Below are positions 28,551 through 38,495 of a stretch of 64,000 bases of DNA, one piece after another. Under the pieces are notes generated by a model. That model saw nothing but the letters and a program-made list of their open reading frames with translations, made no database searches and had not been told where the DNA came from. Source of the DNA: Candidatus Poribacteria bacterium (lineage in GTDB: Bacteria; Poribacteria; WGA-4E; PCPOR2b). Position numbers and translations under genes: made by a program. The stretch is taken from the NCBI GenBank assembly GCA_965208675.1, contig OZ242351.1, forward strand, positions 4,448,001-4,512,000, written 5' to 3'. Position 1 is the stretch's first letter, and each line of letters begins with the position of its first letter.

Positions 28551-29459
28551 TTATAAAATCGTGCCGGATTGTTTTTTGCTGTCCAATCCCAATTGCCCCG
28601 CCAAATCGTCAACAAATTGCCGGGCAACGCGGCCCGAACGTCCGCTTGATGCAGTTTCCCATTCCAAAGCGGCGCGATGGAGGTCGTCCATCGGCATGGA
28701 CAACCCTTCTTTTTGGGCATAATGTGAAACGATTTTCAAATAAGTGTCTTGCGGGATGCGATAGAAAACCAGCCTTAACCCAAACCGATCGCTCAAGGAT
28801 ACCTTCTCTTCGGTTGATTCGCGTGGATATAGCTCGTCTTCATCGCTACTCGGGAACTGATTTTCGCGGACCTGCCGCGGCATCAGATGCCGTCGATTTG
28901 ATGTTGCATAGATAATGGTGTTTTTAGGTCGGGCGGCGATGCCGCCTTCCAGCATGGCTTTCAGCTCTCTGTATGCCGCCTCTCCTTCGCTGAAGGAAAG
29001 GTCATCGCAAAAGAGGATGTATCTTTCAGAACGCCCCCACAGCAGGTCGGAAATCTCCTGCAGGTGAAGTAAGCCCTCCTTGTTCACTTCAATGAGCCGC
29101 AAACCGTCCGGCGCGTAGCGATGGAGTATACCCTTAACGAGCGATGATTTACCCGTACCGCGATCGCCCCAGAGCAAGACATGGTTCGCTGGTAGACCGC
29201 GAAGGAATTGCAGCGTATTTCGATTCAAGGTTTCAATCTGCCGTTCAATGTCAATCAGATCGGCGATGTCAACGAGGTCTGGACGTTTGACGGGAATCAA
29301 ATGCCCCCACCCATCGTGGTTTCTCCACCTAAACGCGATGTAATTGTCAAGGGAATCGGTGGGATTTTGCGAAGACTCCGCAGTATTAGCCAATAGCGAC
29401 TCCGCTTTGTCAATGAGCCGCTCCAGTCGAGAAATAACCGTTTCCCAATTGTTAGCCAT
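28551..29459 (-). CDS. DUF815 family AAA+ ATPase
   Basis: PANHVLLWGDRGTGKSSL, FCDDLSF, YATSNRRHL, EEKVSLSDRFGL, SGRVARQF. Confidence 0.9.
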   Translation of the reverse strand: MANNWETVISRLERLIDKAESLLANTAESSQNPTDSLDNYIAFRWRNHDGWGHLIPVKRPDLVDIADLIDIERQIETLNRNTLQFLRGLPANHVLLWGDRGTGKSSLVKGILHRYAPDGLRLIEVNKEGLLHLQEISDLLWGRSERYILFCDDLSFSEGEAAYRELKAMLEGGIAARPKNTIIYATSNRRHLMPRQVRENQFPSSDEDELYPRESTEEKVSLSDRFGLRLVFYRIPQDTYLKIVSHYAQKEGLSMPMDDLHRAALEWETASSGRSGRVARQFVDDLAGQLGLDSKKQSGTIL

Positions 29460-29578
29460 GTTTCCGATGATTCTAACCTTCTTAATGATTTGTGTGTATC
29501 TCGATTATACCATAAATGAACCTTGCACCAAATAATAAAAAGCCGGAAGTTGAACTTCATACAAAATTCCCCCTTCAC

Positions 29579-29607
29579 TTGACAGGGGTGGGCAAATACA
29601 GTATAAT
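29579..29607 (+). promoter_or_regulatory. Consensus sigma70 promoter upstream of argF
   Basis: TTGACA-17 nt-TATAAT. Confidence 0.7.
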
Positions 29608-29820
29608 CAACGGTATCTTTGCGCACGGAAAAACTGTTGGATTTGGCAAGAACTATGTGCTAAATAGGCGTTTCTGCACCCCCGCAAATAGAGGCGCTTC
29701 GAGAATTCATTTGTTGCACAAGAGCTAGGATTGAAAACGCGGCGGGCGCCCCTCAAGGACAGGTTCTAACCGCCGGAACTCACGCGGCGATGCGTTGGGT
29801 TATCTGCACTGGAGGCTATC

Positions 29821-30741
29821 ATGCATCTAATTACGCTTAAAGACTGGTCTAATGCAGATGTAATGGAAGTTGTAGAAAACAGCATCGCTATCAAAAAACA
29901 CCCAGGACAATACTCGGACGCCATGGACGGGCGAAGCCTTGCCTTGCTCTTTCAGAAAACCTCTACGCGGACACGTTGCGCCGGAGAGGTGGGCATGACG
30001 CAATTGGGTGGACACGGCATGTACCTCGACTGGCAAACCACGAATTTCACCCTCGCCGATTTAGGAGATGAAATTCGGGTGCTGTCGACTTATGTGGATA
30101 TAATCCTTGGCCGTTTCTTAAAGCATGCAGATGTCCTGCGTGCTGCCGAGTGCGCAACCGTTCCCATCATAAACGGGTGCTGCGATCGATACCACCCGAC
30201 GCAAGCATTGGGCGATCTCATGACGATACAGGAAAACCTAGGCCGCCTAGAAGGCGTTAAACTCACGTATGTCGGCGTACATAATAACGTTTGCAATTCT
30301 TTGATTGCCGCAGGCCTTAACGTAGGCATGGAAGTAACCGCAGTTACGCCCGAAATCAATCCGGCGGCAGTCGATGAGCAGCTGTTTGAGGATGCGCGAA
30401 AAGCAGGTTGCTTCACAGTGTCAGATCAACTCCAGGCTGCAATCGCAAAAAGTGACGTTGTTTATACGGATACGTGGATCGATATGGAGTTTTTTCTGGA
30501 TTCGGGGTTCAAAGCGGAAAAAGAGCGGCGTATCCAATTATTTATGCCCTATCAGTTGAATCGGGATTTGCTGGATGGACACGATGTTTTGATTATGCAC
30601 TGCCTCGCTGCCCATCGCGGCTACGAAATTTCTGACGACATCATGGACGATCCACGGTCAATTGTGTTTGAGCAAGCGGAGAACCGGCTTCATAGTATGA
30701 AAGCCCTGATGCTGAAGATTTTAGAAACAAATAATGAGTAA
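29821..30741 (+). CDS. argF: Ornithine carbamoyltransferase
   Basis: FQKTSTRTR, HPTQ, YTDTWIDM, MHCLAAHRGYEI, QAENRLH. Confidence 0.85.
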   Translation: MHLITLKDWSNADVMEVVENSIAIKKHPGQYSDAMDGRSLALLFQKTSTRTRCAGEVGMTQLGGHGMYLDWQTTNFTLADLGDEIRVLSTYVDIILGRFLKHADVLRAAECATVPIINGCCDRYHPTQALGDLMTIQENLGRLEGVKLTYVGVHNNVCNSLIAAGLNVGMEVTAVTPEINPAAVDEQLFEDARKAGCFTVSDQLQAAIAKSDVVYTDTWIDMEFFLDSGFKAEKERRIQLFMPYQLNRDLLDGHDVLIMHCLAAHRGYEISDDIMDDPRSIVFEQAENRLHSMKALMLKILETNNE

Positions 30742-30783
30742 AGCTTAAATTATCCATAACCTGATAAAATCCCAAATCTGCAC

Positions 30784-31653
30784 ATGTCCCAATCTACCCT
30801 CATTCCCATCAGAACCCGCGATGAAATCGAAATTGACGAGCTATTGACAACGATTCAAGCGAAGCGGGATCAGGTCGCCGACATGACCCTTGAGTTAGAG
30901 GAGCTCAAGCTGGATGTTCGCCGGTTTGAGAGCGAATATAATGCGCGCGTTGGACGATATTATATTGAGCTAGACAAAGTCGACCTCTTAACCAAGGAAC
31001 AGAGGCTGCGGTTGCGCTTATTGAAAGAGGGGGTATCCCCCGATAGTCCGGATATGGAAAAACGGATTGAATCCTGTTTCCGTTCGGAACGCCTGCGGTT
31101 GGCAGACTATGAGCGGGAGATAGGTTCGAATGAAGATGCCTTCAACCAGTCAAAATCCCAGTCGATTCCACCGGAACAGATGAAGCAGCTTCGCGGGCTT
31201 TATCTTAGGCTCGCAAAGACATACCACCCGGACAAGGCGAACTGTGAAGGCGAACAAGATGAACGGAAGCAGATGATGCTGCTGATTAATCGTGCTTACG
31301 AGGATCGAGATATTCAGACGCTCAAGCGGATAAACATTAAGATTGAACCCGAAGTCGAATCAGTTGAGGAGACAACACAACAACGCAGGAAACGGCTGTC
31401 ACAGGAAATGAATCGGTTGATGCGCGTCCTAGGCGAATTGCGACTAGAAATCAATAAAATTAAATCGAGCAAGACCTATCATTTCAAACAGGAAGTTAAA
31501 CGGTCCCGTGAAAGCGGTGCGGATCTCTTGGCGCGTCTGGTTAGGGACTTGCAGCAAAAAATAAATGCCAACAAACGGCGCCTAACAGTTTTGATTGAAC
31601 AGTTCCAACAATTCAGTCGAAAGTTGATGGAAAATCAGGAAAATGTTCTGTAG
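30784..31653 (+). CDS. Coiled-coil protein with an internal J-domain
   Basis: LRGLYLRLAKTYHPDK..INRAYE flanked by long coiled coils. Confidence 0.8.
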   Translation: MSQSTLIPIRTRDEIEIDELLTTIQAKRDQVADMTLELEELKLDVRRFESEYNARVGRYYIELDKVDLLTKEQRLRLRLLKEGVSPDSPDMEKRIESCFRSERLRLADYEREIGSNEDAFNQSKSQSIPPEQMKQLRGLYLRLAKTYHPDKANCEGEQDERKQMMLLINRAYEDRDIQTLKRINIKIEPEVESVEETTQQRRKRLSQEMNRLMRVLGELRLEINKIKSSKTYHFKQEVKRSRESGADLLARLVRDLQQKINANKRRLTVLIEQFQQFSRKLMENQENVL

Positions 31654-31876
31654 GTCACTTGCCGCTGCAAAATAGATTTTGCAGCCATTGAAGTCAATTG
31701 GGCGATAGCAGCTTGTCTCATATCTAGCCGCCCCTGCAAAAACGCTTGGATTAAATTGTTCGATGTGTTATAATTTCAATCATTACGGCGCAGTTGATTT
31801 CAATATGTATCTGCGTTTGGACTGAAGAGATTTAACCCCAAATAAAAAAATATCCATTTTCAAGGAGGCATTAATA

Positions 31877-32491
31877 ATGGCGCATGAATTACCCGCGTTG
31901 CCGTATGCTCACGAAGCGTTAGAACCTCATATAGACGCGCGAACCATGGAAATCCATCACGGCAAGCATCATCAAACCTATGTCAACAATGTCAATGATG
32001 CCCTCGAAGGGCTAGATGACCTTGCGGGGTTGTCCATTGAGGACTTGCTTCGCAATATCGACAGCGTACCGGAGTCAAAACGGCAGGCCGTCATTAACAA
32101 TGGCGGCGGGCATGCTAACCACTCACTCTTCTGGACGATAATGGGCCCCAACGGCGGGGGCAATCCGAGCGGCGACCTTGCTGCCGCCATTGAATCCGCA
32201 TTTGGATCGAGCAGTGAGGCGTACGGCGCATTTGCAAAGGCAGCAGCTACCCGTTTCGGATCCGGGTGGGCTTGGTTCGTCGTTGATGAGACTGGAGGAC
32301 TGCAAATTTACTCAACCGCCAATCAAGATAGTCCGCTCATGCAAGGCCATACTCCGATACTTGGCGTCGATGTTTGGGAACATGCTTACTATCTTAATTA
32401 TCAGAATAGACGGCCGGACTATGTGGCAGCCTTTGCTAACGTTATCAACTGGGATGAGGTTGCAAGGCGATATGCGGCTGCGAAAGGCTAG
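31877..32491 (+). CDS. sodA: Fe/Mn superoxide dismutase (Mn-type signature)
   Basis: [27 protein letters not shown]. Confidence 0.95.
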   Translation: MAHELPALPYAHEALEPHIDARTMEIHHGKHHQTYVNNVNDALEGLDDLAGLSIEDLLRNIDSVPESKRQAVINNGGGHANHSLFWTIMGPNGGGNPSGDLAAAIESAFGSSSEAYGAFAKAAATRFGSGWAWFVVDETGGLQIYSTANQDSPLMQGHTPILGVDVWEHAYYLNYQNRRPDYVAAFANVINWDEVARRYAAAKG

Positions 32492-32545
32492 TCGATTCGT
32501 CAATAGAGAGATGGATAGAACAATTCTTGATTGTTCGCAAATAAC

Positions 32546-32574
32546 TTGACATCTCTCATCGCCTTATGTATACT
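32546..32574 (+). promoter_or_regulatory. sigma70 promoter of the T-box/ilv leader
   Basis: TTGACA-17 nt-TATACT with extended TG. Confidence 0.7.
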
Positions 32575-32599
32575 TAATACAAATACTTGAATTTCATTC

Positions 32600-32878
32600 G
32601 GCAAAAACAGTGAAGGGGAGGAGTAGGCCGCCAAGCCTTGACAGAGCGGGAAGTCCACCGGCTGAGAGATTTCCTCAAACGCTGCGGCTGAACGTCGCCC
32701 TGGAGTTGCTAGCCTGAAAACACCAAGTAGGGTTAGACGGTTGATGCCCGTCACCGCATCCCAATGAGTGCCCTTTTTGATAGCTAAGCTTAACAGAGAG
32801 GGAATTGGAGTGGTACCACGGTAAGATCTTCGAAAGAAGCCCTTTTCGTCTCCAAGTTGGAACGAGAAGGGCTTTTTT
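32600..32878 (+). ncRNA. T-box leader (probable Val GUC specifier) with terminator
   Basis: AGTA, AGAG and GCTGAGA stem I motifs; GAAC-GTC-G at 32690-32697; T-box TTGGAG-TGGTACC-ACG (32805-32820) pairing with CGTCTCCAA; terminator AAGCCCTT..AAGGGCTTTTTT. Confidence 0.9.
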
Positions 32879-33009
32879 AATTCTGGTCACTCAATCGATA
32901 TTTCTGGAACGATGGAGCATTTAGTTCCGATTCTGTTTTGAATGGCCTCGGGAAAGCCGTGTTGGGCGAACTCAATGAAATTTCAATTCTAGAAGAGGGC
33001 GAGGAAACG

Positions 33010-34689
33010 ATGGAACAGATGCGAGGTGCACAACTCCTTATCGAAAGTCTTAGGCGAGAAGGCGTCGAGTACATTTTTGGGCTTAACGGGGGCGCAGCGA
33101 TGCCGATTTTTGATGCGCTCTACGATGCGCAGGGTATCAAGCTCATCCCGATGCGGCACGAACAGGGCGCAGTGCACGCCGCTGACGGCTATGCGCGCGC
33201 AACGGGAATCGCGGGTGTTGTGCTTGCCACTTCGGGCCCCGGAGCGACAAACCTTGTCACTGGCATTGCTACGGCTTATATGGATTCTATTCCAATGGTG
33301 GCAATTACTGGTCAGGTATTTACCCACTTGATGGGCAATGACGCCTTCCAAGAATGTGATATCATTGGGGTAACACGTCCGGTTTGTAAGCACAGTTTCT
33401 TAATTAAATCAAGCGACGAAGTCGCAGAAATTGTTGCGGAAGCCTTCCACATTGCTAACACCGGGAGACCGGGGCCTGTTGTCGTTGATTTTGCAAAGGA
33501 TGCGCAAATCAGCGAGTCCATATTCCGCTATCCGGAGTCAGTCAATATTCGAGGCTACAAACCCAGCGTTGAAGGACATCCACGGCAGATTGCCAAAGCT
33601 GTTGACCTGATCCACTACGCGGAGCGACCCATAATCTACGCTGGAGGCGGCGTTGTTCTCTCCGAAGCTAGCGAAGAATTGCGCGAATTGGCAATCAAAA
33701 CCGGAATTCCAATCACGGTAACGCTCATGGGGCTAGGGGCATTTCCCGAAACTCACCCGCTAGCAATGGAAATGCCGGGTATGCACGGCTCTTGCTGTGC
33801 AAACTATGCGTTTACCGACGCCGACCTCCTCATCGCTGTGGGGGCGCGGTTTGACGATCGGGTCACTGGAGACTTGAACAAATTTGCTCAGAAGGCGAGG
33901 AAAATTCAAATTGACATCGATCCTTCTTGTATCGGCAAAAATGTCCCTATTGATGTTCCGATTGTGGGTGATGCCAAGCGCGTATTGGCGAAAATGAATC
34001 AGCTCGTGCATCACGTAGACATTGAGCCGTGGAGACGCCAAACTGATGAGTGGAAGGAAAAATACCCCTTCGAGTATCAACAAAGAGGGGATAAAATTAT
34101 GCCGCAGTTTGTGATTGAGCAAATCTATGATGTCTTTCCCGATGCGGTTGTCGTCGGGGATGTGGGACAACATCAGATGTGGGCGGCGCAATATTTCAAA
34201 TTTACCCAACCGCGGCAGTGGTTGAACTCGGGCGGTCTCGGAACTATGGGTTTCAGTTTGCCCGCCGCGATTGGTGCGCAACTCGGATGTCCGGACAAAA
34301 CGGTTGTAAACATTAATGGGGACGGTTCTTACATCATGACAATTCAGGAACTTGTTCCTGCTGTCACGTTGAAACTTCCGCTCAAGATTTTCATCATTAA
34401 CAATATGTATCTCGGTATGGTGCGGCAGTGGCAAGAACTCTTCCATCAAAAACGGTATGCGGCGGTCGATTACCACGATAATCCCGATTTTGCGCTGCTT
34501 GCTCAAGCGTTCGGTGCAACAGGCCTGCGTGTCGATCGGATTGAAGATGTTCGACCGGCGTTGGAAAAGTCAAAACACATTGATGAGGGGCCCGTTGTTA
34601 TTGACTTCATTGTTGATGAAGAAGAGAACGTGTTCCCAATGGTCCCGGCAGGTGCGGGACTCGGCGATGTCATACGAGGTTTAGCATAA
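33010..34689 (+). CDS. ilvB: Acetolactate synthase large subunit
   Basis: RHEQGA, TSGPGATN, DVGQHQMW, SGGLGTMG, GDGS..NN TPP motif. Start assigned to ATG 33010. Confidence 0.96.
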   Translation: MEQMRGAQLLIESLRREGVEYIFGLNGGAAMPIFDALYDAQGIKLIPMRHEQGAVHAADGYARATGIAGVVLATSGPGATNLVTGIATAYMDSIPMVAITGQVFTHLMGNDAFQECDIIGVTRPVCKHSFLIKSSDEVAEIVAEAFHIANTGRPGPVVVDFAKDAQISESIFRYPESVNIRGYKPSVEGHPRQIAKAVDLIHYAERPIIYAGGGVVLSEASEELRELAIKTGIPITVTLMGLGAFPETHPLAMEMPGMHGSCCANYAFTDADLLIAVGARFDDRVTGDLNKFAQKARKIQIDIDPSCIGKNVPIDVPIVGDAKRVLAKMNQLVHHVDIEPWRRQTDEWKEKYPFEYQQRGDKIMPQFVIEQIYDVFPDAVVVGDVGQHQMWAAQYFKFTQPRQWLNSGGLGTMGFSLPAAIGAQLGCPDKTVVNINGDGSYIMTIQELVPAVTLKLPLKIFIINNMYLGMVRQWQELFHQKRYAAVDYHDNPDFALLAQAFGATGLRVDRIEDVRPALEKSKHIDEGPVVIDFIVDEEENVFPMVPAGAGLGDVIRGLA

Positions 34690-35180
34690 TGGTTGAAGAG
34701 AGACACATCTTTTCTGTTCTCGTTGAAAATCGATTCGGTGTGCTCGCGCGGATTGCAGGGTTGTTTAGCGGTCGAGGCTACAACATCGATAGTCTAAATG
34801 TCGCCGAGACGGACGATCCAGGCGTTTCCCACATGACAATCGTAACGCATGGCGATACGCAAATTATCGAACAGATTTACAAACATTTGAATAAGCTGAT
34901 TGATGTGATAAAGGTGACGGATCTCACCACTGAAAACCACGTTGAGCGGGAGCTTGTATTGATTAAGATGAATGCACCACCCAATCGGCGCGGGGAGATT
35001 CTTCAAATCATGGAGATATTCCGCGCACGTGCGGTTGATGTTAGCCCTGCAACATTGACGATTGAGGTCACCGGTGACGAAGGTAAGCTAAAGGCTGTGA
35101 TTGACATGCTGCGCCCATATGGAATTCAAGAATTGGTCCGCACGGGTAAAATCGCAATCATGCGCGGCGCAGCGAAGTAA
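34689..35180 (+). CDS. ilvN: Acetolactate synthase small subunit
   Basis: ACT domain VENRFGVLARIAGLFSGRGYNIDSL; ELVRTG. Confidence 0.96.
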   Translation: MVEERHIFSVLVENRFGVLARIAGLFSGRGYNIDSLNVAETDDPGVSHMTIVTHGDTQIIEQIYKHLNKLIDVIKVTDLTTENHVERELVLIKMNAPPNRRGEILQIMEIFRARAVDVSPATLTIEVTGDEGKLKAVIDMLRPYGIQELVRTGKIAIMRGAAK

Positions 35181-35237
35181 TTGCTGATAGGCCGTCGGCA
35201 TTGTCGATTTTCAATTGTCAGTTGAAAGGAGCGTATT

Positions 35238-36230
35238 ATGGCAACAATTTATTACGATACGGATGCGAATTTTGAACTACTCAAAGGGAAGACGATTGCC
35301 ATTATCGGCTATGGGGCTCAAGGACGGGCGCAAGCGTTGAACCTCAAAGATAGCGGTGCGGATGTCCACGTGGGGTTGCGCCCAACGAGCCGGTCGTGCG
35401 AACAGGCGGAAGCGGATGGGCTGACTGTCAGCAGCGTTGAAGAAGCTGCTAGTGCAGGTGAAATTGTCCAGATTCTCATACCGGATGAGTTGCACGCTAC
35501 GGTGTATAAAAAGGAAATCGAGCCGAACATGCAAACCGGGAATATGCTAATGGTTTCACACGGCTTCAGCATCCACTTTGGACAGATACTTCCGTTGGAA
35601 AATATTGACGTGACGATGATTGCGCCGAAAGCACCGGGCGACCTAGTAAGGGATGAATTTGTGGCTGGCGGCGGGACGCCATGTCTGATCGCCATCCATC
35701 AAGACATCACCGGCCATGCGAGAGATGTTGCGCTCGCCTATGCGAAAGGAATTGGCGGCACGCGGGCGGGTGTAATTGAAACAACTTTTCGTGAAGAAAC
35801 AGAAACCGATCTATTTGGTGAACAGGCGGTGCTTTGCGGCGGTACCTCGGCGCTCATTAAAGCCGCATTCGATACGCTGGTCGAAGCGGGATATCAACCG
35901 GAAATGGCGTACTTTGAATGCCTACACGAATTGAAGCTCATCGTTGATCTTATCTACACCGGAGGGCTAAACAAGATGCGCCGCGTTGTCAGCAATACAG
36001 CAGAGTTTGGCGACCTCACCCGCGGGCCGCGCGTTGTTGATGACAGCGTACGGGTGCGTATGCGGGAGCTTCTCAAAGAGGTACAGAGCGGGAAGTTCGC
36101 ACGGGAGTGGGTGCTGGAAAACCAAGCCAATCAGCCGGTACTGCAAGCCTTGCGCCGCACCGAATCAGAGTTACCGATTGAGAAGGTTGGTAAAGACTTG
36201 CGCAGTATGATGAGTTGGATTGAAGAGTAA
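35238..36230 (+). CDS. ilvC: Ketol-acid reductoisomerase
   Basis: [32 protein letters not shown]. Confidence 0.97.
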   Translation: MATIYYDTDANFELLKGKTIAIIGYGAQGRAQALNLKDSGADVHVGLRPTSRSCEQAEADGLTVSSVEEAASAGEIVQILIPDELHATVYKKEIEPNMQTGNMLMVSHGFSIHFGQILPLENIDVTMIAPKAPGDLVRDEFVAGGGTPCLIAIHQDITGHARDVALAYAKGIGGTRAGVIETTFREETETDLFGEQAVLCGGTSALIKAAFDTLVEAGYQPEMAYFECLHELKLIVDLIYTGGLNKMRRVVSNTAEFGDLTRGPRVVDDSVRVRMRELLKEVQSGKFAREWVLENQANQPVLQALRRTESELPIEKVGKDLRSMMSWIEE

Positions 36231-36477
36231 AGTCCCGTTGGGCACGCGGCGAACGTGCGCCCGTCGCTGTATTAGAGCTAACTAGTCTGATTAGCGGCTT
36301 TTTACCGGAGCGCAGCACCTCAATCAGCTTGAGCTAAACTGGTTTTTTCTTGCCGCATCCTGCGTTTCCAAAACACTTGTATCATTCAAAGATTCGTTGT
36401 ATAATAAGCCTTGACGCCAGCGATTTGGTAGGGGAATTTCATCAATGCATGAATCCTTAAGCTAGACGTATGCCAGA

Positions 36478-37359
36478 TTGGTCAAAAAATGGTGTGGGGG
36501 AAATTTCATTCGAATCGAAAATGTGACCGATTTCAATCTGGCGCATACGCTTGAGTGTGGGCAATCGTTCCGATGGAAGCGAGTGGACGATTGGTATTAC
36601 GGTGTGGTTGATGGCAGGCTGCTCAGCATTTTCCAAGACGGGGAAGCGCTTGTTATCAGGAGTTCCGCCGAAGAAGACCACAATCAGCTTGAAAATTTTC
36701 TTAATTACTACCTCGATCTGAATCGTAATCTGCCGTTAGTTCTTCAGGCTGTGGACATTGATGCAACGATTCATAAAGCGATTGACACGTTTTGGGGGAT
36801 GCGAATTCTAAACCAAGACGTGTGGGAATGCATTGCCTCGTTCATCTTGTCCCAAAATAACAACGTACCTAGAACCAAGGGAATTATTAAAACGATTTCC
36901 GCACGATTCGGGGAGAAACTTACCCTTGCACATAGGGTTGACTATACCTTCCCGACCCCACACTCCCTCGCCCAAGCCGGGGTTGACGCCCTGTTTGATT
37001 GCCGTATGGGTTATCGCGCCCCTTACCTCTGGGAGGCTGCATCAGTAATCGCCGCAGGGAAATTCGGCCTCCAGGCGCTAAAGAACTTGCCATACGCTGA
37101 AGCGAAATCAGAATTGATGGAATTTAAAGGAATTGGCGAGAAGGTCGCCGATTGCGTGTGCGTGTTTTCGTTAGGGCATATAGAAGCAATCCCGATTGAT
37201 GTGTGGATGAAACGCATTATAGAGCATGTCTACTTGCGGCGCAGAGCCTCGATTCGGGAGATTCGCGAGTTCGCCCAAGACTATTTCGGTGAATTTCTCG
37301 GCTACGCACAGCAATACCTTTTTCACTACGGCCGGACGGTTGGATTTGATCAATCCTAA
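36478..37359 (+). CDS. 8-oxoguanine DNA glycosylase (Ogg1-type, HhH-GPD)
   Basis: LAHTLECGQSFRW, ILSQNNN, KGIGEKVADC, PIDVWM. Confidence 0.9.
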   Translation: MVKKWCGGNFIRIENVTDFNLAHTLECGQSFRWKRVDDWYYGVVDGRLLSIFQDGEALVIRSSAEEDHNQLENFLNYYLDLNRNLPLVLQAVDIDATIHKAIDTFWGMRILNQDVWECIASFILSQNNNVPRTKGIIKTISARFGEKLTLAHRVDYTFPTPHSLAQAGVDALFDCRMGYRAPYLWEAASVIAAGKFGLQALKNLPYAEAKSELMEFKGIGEKVADCVCVFSLGHIEAIPIDVWMKRIIEHVYLRRRASIREIREFAQDYFGEFLGYAQQYLFHYGRTVGFDQS

Positions 37360-37580
37360 ACTGCGAACCCGGGTGGTGGATGATGCAATTACCGATTGTC
37401 CTTTAAACTATTCAATCTGAGGGCGGCGTTACAAATCATGCGGAGCGTTCAATCCGAAATTAGTTCCGCCGCATAATACGCTTAATATGAAGGCTAAACC
37501 GTATCATAGGAATGAATTACGGCAGCTGCAATCCTTAACAACTTTTCAACAGCATCGAAATCAATTAAGGAGAATCTTAC

Positions 37581-38495
37581 ATGCTCGAAGAATTACGCGA
37601 GACCGTACTCACCGATTTAGAACAGCGTGTTGAACGTGCGATTGACCTGATTGAGCAACTGAGGCAAGATAAGCGGACACTAGAGTCGCAGATTAGCGAA
37701 CTCCACGAGCAAATTCAGGCGAAAGATGAATATATCGAATCGCTTGAAAAACGGAATGCCGAACTACAATACGCTGAGTCGGAGTTAGGGACGCTCAGAG
37801 CCAAACATGAGCAAGAGCGCGAAGAAATTGATTTAGAAAAAGCTGAACTTCGCGATCGGATCGAAGGTGTCATGAATCTACTCAACGGGACTGACGACAG
37901 ACTAGATTCATCCTTGGAACAGCCGGCCGCCGCAGAAGACGAACCCGCAGCGGCACCAGAACCAACCGCAGGTGTGGAACTGACTGATAATGAAGTACCT
38001 GAATCGCCGCTAGATACCGACGCGGACACACTTGAAGAAGCAGAGTCCGCTGCTGGAGATGATGAACCAATAACCGAATCGTCTGAATCAGCCGAAGATG
38101 TGGAGGCATGTAAACCCACTGAATCTTCACTAGATTCTGACACCGCCGCAGCGGAAGAAGTAGAGGTTAGTGCCGGCGATGACCAAGGAATAGACGAATT
38201 GACAGAGATGACTGAATCAATCGCAGATGAGGAGACAGACGAAATACCTGAATTGCCGCTAGAATCTGACATACCCGCGGCGGAAGCACTGGAGGCGGCT
38301 GCCGGCGCTAACAATCCAAAAGCCGAGTCGCCTGAATTATCGTTCACCGAGGACGAAACCACTGAACCACCTGAATCGCCAATCGAGGAATCAATCGCTA
38401 CATCTGAATCAGCTCCGGATTCTGACGCGCCGGCGACGGAAGAGGACGTGCAAACTGAGACAAATCGTCATGTAATTCATCCGCCATGGGAATGA
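37581..38495 (+). CDS. ZapB-like coiled-coil protein with a long acidic repeat tail
   Basis: LEQRVERAIDLIEQLRQ..RIEGVM coiled coil followed by about 200 aa of E/D/P/S/A-rich sequence. AAGGAG SD. Confidence 0.6.
   Translation: MLEELRETVLTDLEQRVERAIDLIEQLRQDKRTLESQISELHEQIQAKDEYIESLEKRNAELQYAESELGTLRAKHEQEREEIDLEKAELRDRIEGVMNLLNGTDDRLDSSLEQPAAAEDEPAAAPEPTAGVELTDNEVPESPLDTDADTLEEAESAAGDDEPITESSESAEDVEACKPTESSLDSDTAAAEEVEVSAGDDQGIDELTEMTESIADEETDEIPELPLESDIPAAEALEAAAGANNPKAESPELSFTEDETTEPPESPIEESIATSESAPDSDAPATEEDVQTETNRHVIHPPWE

Noticed and set aside
29821-30741. Possibly the missing pyrB
   Set aside because: YTDTW, HRGYEI and QAENR motifs are OTCase-type, not ATCase-type.
33760-34506. 248-aa minus-strand ORF (likewise 55373-56149)
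   Set aside because: Each overlaps a well-supported gene on the opposite strand and has no recognisable motifs.
37715-38362. 215-aa Ser-rich minus-strand ORF
   Set aside because: Antisense shadow of the acidic low-complexity tail.
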